From the NCBI GenBank assembly GCA_951406725.2, contig OX597819.1, positions 107,446,001 through 107,510,000 of the forward strand: 64,000 nucleotides of DNA, given 5' to 3'. Position 1 is the stretch's first letter. Every line of letters begins with the position of its first letter. Under the pieces are notes generated by a model. It was not told the origin of the DNA. It ran no database searches and saw only the letters and a list, made by a program, of their open reading frames with translations. Shown here piece after piece: positions 40,225 to 51,252 of this stretch. Source of the stretch: Octopus vulgaris. Its lineage: Eukaryota. A program made the position numbers and the translations under genes.

Positions 40225-41283
40225 TCATACTAAATTACAATGAAAACGTTTGGCGCATGCATGTTGATTTTCTTGCACCTGGAAAGATACAGAATAAGAT
40301 TTTTACAGTAGAATTTGCTAAATTAATCACCTGTAAATGGAACTAAAAAGTACTTCTTAAAATTAAAATTATAATGTACATAAAATATTGTAGCCGAGAA
40401 TAACATTTTTTAAATTTACGATACTTTATTAAAACAAAAATTATAAAAAACATTACTGGGTTTTTCCAACAATAAACCCATCCGATTTTAAGCCTATGGG
40501 CTTATATTCATACACTCTTTTCACGTATAGCCCCAGTAATTTTTATTATTTTCAAAAAAAAAAACATATTTAAGCAAAATTCTTTGTCTGTATTTAAGCT
40601 CATGGGCTTATTTTTGGAAAAAGCAGTATTTAAAAAATGGAATTAAATAAAATCAATTTGATATAAATACAGTAGAATTCGCTTAATTATCCATCCCTAA
40701 GAGAAAATTGAAAGTCACAAATTAGATGAAATAATGACTTAGCCAAAGACGCTAATTCAACTACATAATACAGTCGAATTAGTGTCTAATAACTTCTACT
40801 TATGATTTATTTGTCAGATTTAATTTTTTTGGGTTTTTTTAATGTGGAAGAATTGACTGTGCATGAGGTTGATTTGAAACCATTTAATGACTATTCTACA
40901 CCAATCAATTTTTTTCTTTTTTGCTAACGGGATTTCAATTCAAGTGAAAAAAAACTTGTGTAATATTATTTGCAACTTTATATTTTATCGTTTGTACTTG
41001 ATACAACTAAATAAAATCACTATCTTAACTATATATTTCAAAAGACGTGATTTAAAAAATATTTTTGTTTAAATTTGTTTTTGTTTATTTTTGTAGCATG
41101 TTTTTAAAGATTTACTTGTTTTTTAGATTCTCATAAGAAATAAAATAAATTATCTCAAATTTGCCTAATATAATGTATTTTAATTTTTTAAATGTTATTC
41201 TCGGCTGCAATATTTTAAGTGCAGTAGAATTTTAATTTTAAGTACTTTTTAGTTTCCTTTAGAGGTGACAGAGGCCCGTCGTA

Positions 41284-41346
<63 letters not shown>

Positions 41347-41655
41347 TTGCGTGTCTGTGTTTGTCCCCCCAACATCGCTTGACAACCGATGCTGATGTGT
41401 TTACGTCCCCGTAACTTAGCGGTTCGGTAAAAGGAGCCCGATAGAATAAGTACTAGGCTTACAATGAATAAGTCCTGGGGGCGATTTACTCAACTAAAGG
41501 CGGTGCTCCAGCATGGCTGCAGTCAAATTACTGAAACAAGTAAAAGAGTAAAAGAGTAAGAGTAAACTCTACTGTAGAAATCTTGTTCTGTTCTTTTCCA
41601 GGTATAATAACATACTAATATTAACATGCATGCACCCGTATTTTTCATTGCAACC
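40225..41655. mobile_element. MITE-like element with long terminal inverted repeats and nested insertions
   Basis: 40256-40415 is the reverse complement of 41180-41268 plus 41562-41632; a SINE splits the right arm; a small inverted-repeat element sits at 40454-40629. Confidence 0.7.
41270..41565 (+). mobile_element. SINE 3' half with internal microsatellite and (aaagagta)n tail
   Basis: gtgtctgtgtttgtcccccc...ggcggtgctccagcatgg...actgaaacaagtaaaagagtaaaagagta. Confidence 0.85.
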
Positions 41656-42613
41656 CACTTTTTTCCAGGCAATGCAATAAACTAATAAATATTATTTTGT
41701 TAAAAAATATTCAAATTATTTTTTATTGTTGATGATTGAATTAAAATAAGAATATTATATTGTGTTTTTTACATTTTCCCATATTTTGTCTTAAATTCTA
41801 AAAATAAGAAAAAGTTATCTGCACAGTGATTCGTTGCATTCGCTAATATAAAAATGATTTTAAAAATGCAAAAATAGCCAATGTATCCACAGTAAGGCAT
41901 GTAGAGCCACCTGCCCTTTTGCTTTTTCTGAACAGCATGACTAGAAACCCTCAGGTCTGTCCATTGAAAGAAAGTAACAATAACAATATTGTATCATTAA
42001 ATTTTGAGAAATAATTTTTGTTTGTAATGAAGTTTTCATATATAAGCTAAAATTACATATAATCTAACTTTCATAAAACTGCAATTTCTATGAATAAAAT
42101 ATATTCTATTTATTTTTAAAAGTTACAAAATAGTGCATCAATCGTAAGGCAAGAGGAGCCACCTGACCTTGTTAGGGCAAAGTTAGTTTGTTAGTCGAAA
42201 TGCATGCAAAATAAAAATAATAAAGCCTGCAATTCAGCTACTCTTCTTGTCAACTTGCCTGAAAATAAAAAATATGAATCCTGCTACAACTCCTTGTCAA
42301 TTTACTCTAATAAATAATAATCTAAATTCTGTTACTTTTAATACTGAATTAAAGTTTAAAAGCAAACAAAAAACTTATTAAATCTTCAGAAGTTCTTACA
42401 ACTTTGGTCTTCGTGATGCTTTCTTTTCGTTTGTTTGATAAAAAAATTCTTCCTGGTATAAGGATTTTGCTTTCATTTTGTGATAGGTAAGTATCATGCA
42501 GAAAATACCAGCTTCTAAAACCTGTTTTCTGATTAGGTGAATATTATTAAACTTTAAACAACAGTAACAATTTTCTGCAATAAGTATGTATGTATGTGCG
42601 TATGTATATATGT

Positions 42614-43401
42614 ATATATATTTTTTCATTTAGAGATAGTAGGCCCCTTCATCTCACCATATAAAGAAGAATTTTTATTTTAAATACCAACTACTTTATA
42701 ACTTGGCTACACGTGTTTCATGAGGTACATTTTCCGGTTCCTAAACCACTCCGTGTTTAGCTGGAACGTTTCTTAAAATATATGGAAGCACTCCGTCGGT
42801 TACGACGACGAGGGTTCCGGTAGATCCGATCAACGGAACAGCCTGCTCGTGAAATTAACGTGCAAGTGGCTGAGCACTCCACAGACTCGTGTACCCTTAA
42901 CGTAGTTCTCGGGGATATTCAGCGTGACACAGAGAGTGACAAGGCCGGCCCTTTGAAATACAGGTACAACAGAAACAGGAAGTAAGAGTGAGAGAAAGTT
43001 GTGGTGAAAGAGTACAGCAGGGATCACCACCATCCCTGCCGGAGCCTCGTCGAGCTTTAGGTGTTTTCGCTCAATAAACATTCACAACGCCCGGTCTGGG
43101 AATCGAAACCGCGATCCTACGACCGCGAGTCTGCTGCCCTAACCATGGGCCATTGCGCCCCCACCTTAAAATATAACCGCAATCATCAGATCTCTATATC
43201 ACTTTCTCATAGTTCAATACTATAACCTATATTTTATATTTTAAGAATGGTTCCAGCAAAACACGGAGTGGTTTAGGAACCGGGAATTGTACCGCATGAA
43301 ACACGTGTAGCCAAGTTATAAAGTAGTAGGTATTTAAAATAAAAATTCTTTTTTATATGGTGAGATGAAGGGGCCTACTATCTCTAAATGAAAATATATA
43401 T
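42614..43401. mobile_element. foldback/MITE-like element with ~165-bp inverted arms
   Basis: 42614-42781 and 43236-43401 are close reverse complements. Confidence 0.8.
42783..43164 (-). mobile_element. full-length tRNA-derived SINE with an 11-bp TSD
   Basis: A and B boxes at the right end; TSD cttaaaatata at 42772-82 and 43165-75. Confidence 0.9.
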
Positions 43402-43468
43402 TTCTTCATTGAGAGTAATTTGAACCCCTGTTATGCCGAAATTGTTATTCCCTAACAAATAAACTTAA

Positions 43469-43553
<85 letters not shown>

Positions 43554-43554
<1 letters not shown>

Positions 43555-43634
43555 TAGCAGAGATACTCGGCGTTGCCCGTGTTACATGCAATTGAAGAAT
43601 TAGACTTTTCTGTCATATTTTCTCTAATGAACTG
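43554..43634 (-). mobile_element. Helitron 3' terminus
   Basis: a|ctag...ctcggcgttgcccg is the reverse complement of a hairpin plus CTAG end like that at 22055-22082. Confidence 0.65.
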
Positions 43635-43980
43635 GAATATCTATGTTTCGAATATCTATGTTTCACAGAGGACAGGTAAGTGATACTAATGGAATGGGGC
43701 CGGTAGTATCGCTTTCATCTATCATCTTCATATTTCATCTTTCATACCTATGTTATCATGATGTTCTATGTCCCCAATGTTTGTAGTGTCCCCCTCTGTG
43801 TAGCCCCTCGTGGGTAATAAAGAAATATCAGTGGGCAAGCGGCGTCTCTTATTTATTTCGAAGTCGTAAGTTAAATTTTGTTACTGAGTTACACGTTAAT
43901 TTTGTTAAACGTTTTTTTTTTTTGTGTACGGTTGTACGGTGTTTGTCTGAGTTAAGACAGACAAGGACAGTCCCTCCCTA

Positions 43981-45384
43981 ATGGGAGAGACGGCAAGAAT
44001 ATTCGAAACCTTATCGGACTTGTCTACGTTTGAGGAGGAATTGGAGAAAGCGGTGAAGAGAATGGACCAGAAATTAGATAATAGCTATGCTGGAGTAGCG
44101 AAAAAAGCAGAGGAGAGAGAGTTGGACTTAGCAAAGCTGCCAAGTTACCAGAAGTTTATCAAGAAGGAGAGCGGTGAGGTGGAATTAGAACCGCCACCAA
44201 AGCGCAGAGAATGGTTCGAGAAAAGGACTATTACCTACCGTGTCTATGTAAACGGAAAGAAAAAATCGAAGTGGTGAATATGGAATGGATAGAAGAGGCT
44301 CTGAGAAGAACAGAGGAGGAGGTAATATTTCTGACAAGAGGTACAAGCTACGGTACTGTGGTGGTACAGTTCAGGAGTTAAAATGTAGCAAGGAGTATGG
44401 CTACAAGAAAATTACTAGAATAAGGGTAGAGGAAATACCCCCAAACGTCGAAGCTGAATGGATTGTGGCAGCTATAATTAGCGGTCATGAAGATGAAGTG
44501 GACATCCTCCATGCCACGGTAAAAACCGAAGGCTGGAGAGGCGCAACACTAGACTTGAATGTACAAGCGGAGGATGATGTACTGGAGAATCTAACAGAGA
44601 ATATCAGATTGGGAGGCGTAATCATGAGAGTATGGGTGGAGGGCAGAGCTCCACGTTGCTACAAGTGTGGCCTGAGGGGGCACACAAGAGCTAACTACCC
44701 TCCCCCAGGGAAAGATATGGATGCTGAACCACAAAGAGAGGCGGAAAAAGTACAGAAACCAGAAGAGAAGTGGGTGGAGGGCAGAGCTCTCCGTTGCTAC
44801 AAGTGTGGCCTGAGTGGCCACATAAGTGCTAACTGCCCTCCCCCACCAAAAGATATGGATGCGGAACCACAAAGAGAGACGGAAAAAGTGCAGAAAACAG
44901 AAGAGAAAGAGACAACAGAAGAAGAGATTTCAAAAGAATGGGAAGAAGTCAGGAAAATGAGGAAGAGAAGAAGAAGAGGAAAAACAAACAGTGTTGAACC
45001 CCAATCCACCCCAACACCACCCACACCCTCTGAAACCCACCCTTCCCTACAGACAGTGAACCCACCCTCTCCCCACCAACAAGAAAACAAAAAAGAGAAA
45101 CATACAGTCAAGACACCTAACAAGAACCCAGGCCCAACATATGTATCGCAAAGTGAGAGGACATAAAAGAGTTAATAAGTGACTATCAATGGTGTGAGAA
45201 AGGTAGAAACAGATATGCAGTAGTTACGGAAGAACAATTAGACGAGCTTATGGAAAGAGTCGAAAAGGAGGACTGGGAGATAACTACAGTATTAATAAAG
45301 GATGAGTTAGTGAAGGAAATGGAAGAGAGACTGGGAAGAAAAATAGAGAACGAAGGGTTTTTCTTTGGAGACGAGCTCGGTTGA
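43981..45384 (+). pseudogene. Tx1/L1-type ORF1p (RRM-like region plus CX2CX4HX4C knuckle), unit 1, disrupted
   Basis: SYAGVAKK, TRIRVEEIPP, VEGRAPRCYKCGLRGHTRAN; duplicated knuckle; frameshifts, in-frame stops and a ~55-bp deletion relative to unit 2. Confidence 0.8.
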
Positions 45385-45703
45385 AAAGTCACAGAGGACA
45401 GGTAAGTGATACTAATGGAATGGGGCCGGTAGTATCGCTTTCATCTATCATCTTCATATTTCATCTTTCATACCTATGTTATCATGATGTTCTATGTCCC
45501 CAATGTTTGTAGTGTCCCCCTCTGTGTAGCCCCTCGTGGGTAATAAAGAAATATCAGTGGGCAAGCGGCGTCTCTTATGTATTTCGAAGTCGTAAGTTAA
45601 ATTTTGTTACTGAGTTACACGTTAATTTTGTTAAACGTTTTTTTTGGTGTACGGTTGTACGGTGTTTGTCTGAGTTGAGACAGACAAGGACAGTCCCTCC
45701 CTA

Positions 45704-47024
45704 ATGGGAGAGACGGCAAGAATATTCGAAACCTTATCGGACTTGTCTACGTCTGAGGAGGAATTGGAGGAAGCGGTGAAGAGAATGGACCAGAAATTAG
45801 ATAATAGCTATGCTGGAATAGCGAAAAAAACAGAGGAGAGAGAGTTGGACTTAGCAAAGCTGCCAAGTTACCAGAGGTTTATCAAGAAGGAGGGCGGTGA
45901 GGTGGAATTAGAACCGCCACCAAAGCGCAGAGAATGGTTCGAGAAAAGGACTATTACCTACCGTGTCTATGTAAACGGAAAGAAAAAAAATCGAAGTGGT
46001 GAATATGGAATGGATAGAAGAGGCTCTGAGAAGAACAGAGGAGGAGATAATATTTCTGACAAGAGGAACAAGCTACGGTACTGTGGTGGTACAGTTCAGG
46101 AGTTAAAATGTAGCTAGGAGTATGGCGGCGAAAGCTGTGAAATCTGAGAGGGTATTCTTTTTGCTCTCATACTTAAATAGGAAAATTACTAGAATAAGGG
46201 TAGAGGAAATACCCCCAAACGTCGAAGCTGAATGGATTGTGGCAGCGATAATTAGCGGTCATGAAGATGAAGTGGACATCCTCCATGCCACGGTAAAAAC
46301 CGAAGGGTGGAGAGGCGCAACGCTGGACTTGAATGTACAAGCGGAGTATGATGTACTGGAGAATCTAACAGAGAATATCAGATTGGGAGGCGTAATCATG
46401 AGAGTGTGGGTGGAGGGCAGAGCTCCACGTTGCTACAAGTGCGGCCTGAGTGGCCACATAAGAGCTAACTGCCCTCCCCCACCAAAAGATATGGATGCGG
46501 AACCTTAAAGAGAGGTGGGAGAGGAGCGGAAACCTGAGGAGAAGGAGACAACAGAAGAAGAGGAGTATCCAAAAGAATGGAAAGAAGTCAAGGAAAAGAA
46601 GAAGATAAGAAGAAGAGGAAAACCAAACAGTGTTGAACCCCCACCCACCCCAACACCACCCGCACCCTCAGAGAGTCACCCTTTCCCTGCAGACAGTGAA
46701 CCCACCCACTCCCCACCAACAAGAAAACAAAAAAGAGAAACATACGAACAAAATACTAAAAATATACCTAGGCCCTACACCCTATGTATTTCAGGGAAAG
46801 AGGAAATAAAAGAGACTTTAACGGAATACCAATGGTGTGATAGGGGACAGCAAAGATGTGCAATAATCCCAAAGGAACAAGTGGAGGAATTTGTGGAAAG
46901 GTGCAAAGAGAAGGCCTGGGGAATGACTAAGATGAACATGGATGAAGAGACAGTGAAGGAGCTAGAAGAATGGTTCGAGAGAGGAATAGAGAGGAAAGCA
47001 TATTTGTTTGGGATTGATAACTAA
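45704..47024 (+). pseudogene. Tx1/L1-type ORF1p, unit 2 (~439 codons after repair)
   Basis: One continuous frame if one A is removed from the A8 run near 45983-45990 and the TAA codons at 46104 and 46506 are read through; contains CYKCGLSGHIRANC. Confidence 0.8.
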
Positions 47025-47729
47025 ATGACAGGTAAGTGACGCTAGCGGATGGGGCCGTTAGCGTCGCTTTCATAATATCATTTTCAAAATTCATCTTCCA
47101 TTTCTATGTAATCGTATTGTTCTATGTCCCCAATGTTTGTAGTGTCCCCCTCTGTGTGGCCCCTAGTGGGTAATAAAGAAAATCAGTGGAGAAGTCGAAT
47201 TGCCACGATGTTATGCGGCCTTACTGGATTTTACCTGGAGAAACCCGTTAAATCACAGTTGCAGTTATGGAATAATACTCTCAATTGCCTCTTTGAATTT
47301 GCCTTTATGTATTTCAGGTTTATATATGTATATGCTTATCATCAGACACTTGATATAAACATTTGGATATTCGAATAGAATAATACCTCATGTCTTACAT
47401 CTGAATTTTGAATTTGCTTTTCTGAATAATTTAAGACAAATATCTGAAATTTTTCTCAGATATCAAATTTATTAATCTTTAGCTAATATACAGGCGAAAC
47501 AAGAGTTGTACTATATACTGAAGCTTTATTTCTATTAAAATTCTCGAATTATTTTTATATGTACATATACATTCATACATACAAGTTCCATTCTAGTAGG
47601 TTTCAAGAATATTACACCTTAATATCTCGTCTTTTCTCATATTTTATGCCGAAGACATGTATTTTCTATTCTGGTTTATATAAACATCTTTCTACTAATA
47701 CTTTATATTTATATCTCTATATATAAATA

Positions 47730-47871
47730 TAAGTAGCTTCCTTACGAACCACATGGTTCCGGGTTCAGTCCCACAGCGTGGCACCTTGGGCAGGTGTCTT
47801 CTACTATAGCCTCGGGCCGACCAAAGCGTTGTGAGTGGATTTGGTAGACGGATACTGAAAGTAGCCGGTCG

Positions 47872-47872
<1 letters not shown>
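47730..47872 (+). mobile_element. tRNA SINE head
   Basis: ccgggttcagtccc...ggcaccttgggcaggtgtctt...ggatttggtagacgg; same family as 33700-33862. Confidence 0.8.
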
Positions 47873-47911
<39 letters not shown>

Positions 47912-47914
<3 letters not shown>

Positions 47915-49501
47915 TGTGGGAGGGGGGAATAAATATTCGTACATGTCAAAATTCTTTATTTATTTAATTTCTAATGAACATAAATGGGATATACCAATAC
48001 TTTATTTGCATACACATGCATAAACTAAGAATATGCAAAAAAAATTAATAAATTATAGTAACTAAGGAAATTATATTCAATTATAAATATTTAGGGGTGA
48101 AAAAGTATTCATATAGAACATAAATAACTGATATTTCTGATTTAATACTTCCTAGCATAACCATTATTCAGTTCCACTTCAACCAATCTCTTCTTGTAGT
48201 TCTTAATCAATGACTCGCATGTTTCTTTAGGAATTTTTTCCATTCTTCTTGACAAATTTTCTTCAAATCTGCAATGCACGTTGGGGCTCTTGAATGAATT
48301 TTAATTTTCAAATAATGCCACAAATTTTAAATGGGGTTCAAGTCAGGTGACTGGCTTGGTCATTCTAATAATTTTATATTGTGATCGACAATCCATTTTT
48401 TGGTAGACTTCGCCGTGTGCTTAGGATCGTTATCCTGTTGTAAAACCCACCCTTCACAAAGCTGGAGCTTTTCAACAGAGTCCCATAAATTGTTGTTCAA
48501 AATATTTTGGTACATCTCTGCATTCATTCTACCAGCTATCTGCCACTACCATTTGCAGAGAAACACCCCCCACACCATGATGTTGCCACCTCCAAACTTT
48601 ACAGTAGGAATTGTGTTTTTCGACGAATAGGCGGTACCATCTTTCCTCCAAACATAGCTACGCGAATTTCGTCCAAACAATTCAATTTTCGACTCATCTG
48701 TCCATAGAACATTTTCCCAGAATGTATCAGATTTATCTTTATGTTCATAAACAAATTTTAAACGGGCATCTCTATGCCTTTTAGTCAATATCAGAGTTTT
48801 TCTAGGAGAGCGTGATTTCAGTTCATTCCTATGAAGTTCATTGCTGATTGTTAGTCTCTGAAGCTAACAAATCTTCTTGCAACTCCTTTCTGGTGATCAT
48901 TGTGTCTTTTCGGATTCTTTGCTTCATTTTTGTTAAAGATCTAGGGCAAATCTTGCGTGGTGCACCGGATCTTATTCTGTTTTCAACAGTTCCTGATTTT
49001 TTTATATCTTTGAATAAATGAAGATATGGTAGAAAATGGAATACAAAGGGTCTCTGATATTTTCCTGTAACTTTTACCTATTTTCCACTGTTCAATAATT
49101 AAGTTTTTCACTGAATGTGTGAGTTTTTTGCTTTTCGCCATTATTACAATACTGCTTTATGTTGTCTCAATGCTGAATGAAGAAGCTAGCGTTTTGACAC
49201 TTAAAAATGACAACTGATAAAATTATTGGAACAAACGAGAAACTTCTAATAAAAAAAAATTATTTTAACAGTATTTTGTGGCATAGAAAATCATAAATTT
49301 ATTCTGTAAGAATACTTTTTTCACCCCTAGATATTTATAATTGTATATCAATTTATTAGTTGATATAATTTATTAGCTTTTTTGTATATTCTTAGTTTAT
49401 GCATGTGCATGCAAATATAGTATTGGTATATCACATTTAAGTTCATTAGAAATTAAATAAAGAATTTTGGCATGTCCGAATATTTACCCCCACCCCCGCA
49501 C

Positions 49502-49503
<2 letters not shown>
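47912..49503 (-). mobile_element. near full-length Tc1-family DNA transposon with ~200-bp TIRs
   Basis: Ends cagtg...cactg, long inverted repeats 47912-48110/49310-49503, inserted in (TA)n. Confidence 0.92.
48142..49141 (-). pseudogene. Tc1 (DD34E-type) transposase, disrupted
   Basis: MAKSKKLT..GKSYRKISETL..SGAPRK; VLWTDESKIELFG; QQDNDPKH; PSQSPDLNPI; contains stops and frameshifts. Confidence 0.9.
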
Positions 49504-49555
<52 letters not shown>

Positions 49556-49560
49556 TTTGT

Positions 49561-49597
<37 letters not shown>

Positions 49598-49609
49598 TTT
49601 GTTACCTTT

Positions 49610-49863
49610 TGTGTGAATCCCTAAAACATGAGAACTACACAACCAATTTCATTCAAATTTTACACATGTCTTACATAGGGTCCATGTAATAAGTACACGC
49701 TCGCTCTGGTCGCCATAGCCCTCACTGTGGTGTCGTAGCCGTGGACAGTGGGCCCAATGGCGCCCAGAGCGAGCGTGTACTTATTACATGGACCCTAAGT
49801 AAGACATGTGTAAAATTTGAATGAAATTGGTTGTGTAGTTCTCATGTTTTAGGGATTCACACA
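49610..49863. repeat. near-perfect 254-bp foldback made from a Helitron 5' subterminal sequence
   Basis: Arms 49610-49728 and 49745-49863; the outer part matches 50527-50601. Confidence 0.9.
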
Positions 49864-49965
49864 GATAGACACACATTTCATGCCAAGTTATAACACAGTG
49901 GGACTGAACCCAGGACCATGTATTTTGGAACGAAGTTTGTTACCGCACTGCCATCCCTGCACTTA

Positions 49966-49996
<31 letters not shown>

Positions 49997-50344
49997 ATGG
50001 ATGTATATATGTATGCATGTATATATGTGAATATATATGTGAGTACATATTACATGTACATCTACACATATACATGTATACATATACATCTATATGTATA
50101 GAAATAAATGTATACCAATACAGCTATACACACACACACACATACATATATATGTCCAGGTGTGGCTGTGTGGTAACAAACTTTGTTCCAAAACACATGG
50201 TCCTGGGTTTAAATTTAAATTTAAAATAATAAGGATGAGAAATTGAATATTAATTTGATTAATATGAATTGAAAACCAGTGGTGTAGCATATAAGACCAT
50301 AGCGGATCTTCTTCTAGCAAAATGGACGTCCACTGTTAATGGTT

Positions 50345-50651
50345 CATCCCTCATATAATAGTTTGACTTTAATAGTTTCAGTATTAAAGTGAAAGTATCT
50401 CACATTACAATAGAGAGATGTTTTTGTTTCACTTTTAACACGTAATACTGAAATAGTGGAGAAGATATGGTATTGCTGTGGGCTCGCCGTGAGCAGGAAG
50501 TTAGAAATTTTTTGCCCATGACACACCATGGACCCTAAGTAAGGCATGTGTAAAATATGAATGAAATTGGTTGTGTAGTTCTCAAGTTTTAGGGATTCAC
50601 AAAGACAGAGAGACAGACAGATACACACATTGTCAGTTTTATACATATAGA
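50345..50651 (-). mobile_element. non-autonomous Helitron 5' portion
   Basis: The minus strand starts A|TCtatatgtataaaa; the internal block 50382-50487 matches 56122-56224. Confidence 0.65.
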
Positions 50652-51252
50652 TTGTTGCATGTTATTGTAATAGCGAAAGATTGTCTTCAACATAAACGAG
50701 ACGTTTTTTTAAAAATAATTTTTTATGTTTATTCATAATATATTATGTTATAATATAAATAAGTTATTGGATTGTGAAGTATAGCTCTCTATTTTATTTT
50801 TTTGTAATTTGCATAATACCCATATTTATGTGGATTCAACTGACATACCAGTGAATTGGATGTTTCACACACCCGCGATCTAATCGACTAGCCCCACTTA
50901 CCCCAAAATTCCTGCCCCGTGCCTAGAGTAGAAAAGGATATATATATGTATGTTTATATATATATATGTATGTTTATATATATGTATGTGTTTATATATA
51001 TGTATGTTTATATATATATGTATGTTTATATATATGTACGTTTTTATATATGTATGTGTTTATATATATGTTTATACATACACACACATATATACATACA
51101 TATTTATGTATGTTTATATATATATATATATATATATATATCATGGTTGTCACGTTAAGTTGACAGTATACAACCATTATATCGCCCCACTTCCGTACAT
51201 ATCTCTATGAGATATTTAGAAATTTAATATTTCTGATATATATATATCAATA

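Larger units (their letters stand above)
43663..47189 (+). mobile_element. head-to-tail array of a non-autonomous ORF1-only (gag-like) retroelement: 3' piece plus two ~1.7-kb units
   Basis: Three copies of a ~165-bp 3' region (43663-43826, 45389-45552, 47027-47181); period 1726 bp; no RT or endonuclease ORF. Confidence 0.8.

Noticed and set aside
42783-43164. tRNA gene (also other SINE heads)
   Set aside because: The A/B boxes belong to SINE heads that continue into repeat bodies, with TSDs; no complete cloverleaf.
43981-47024. Domesticated host gag-like gene
   Set aside because: Both copies have stops and frameshifts and sit in a repeat array.
47020-47075. SECIS element in the 3' hairpin
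   Set aside because: No conserved AUGA/GA quartet across the copies, and the shared in-frame stop is TAA, not TGA.
43663-47189. LTR retrotransposon reading (repeat ends ..CA followed by gTGG like a primer-binding site)
   Set aside because: The repeats do not start with TG, the last repeat is also followed by gTGG, there is no TSD, the third repeat is diverged, and both protein and tail are LINE-like.
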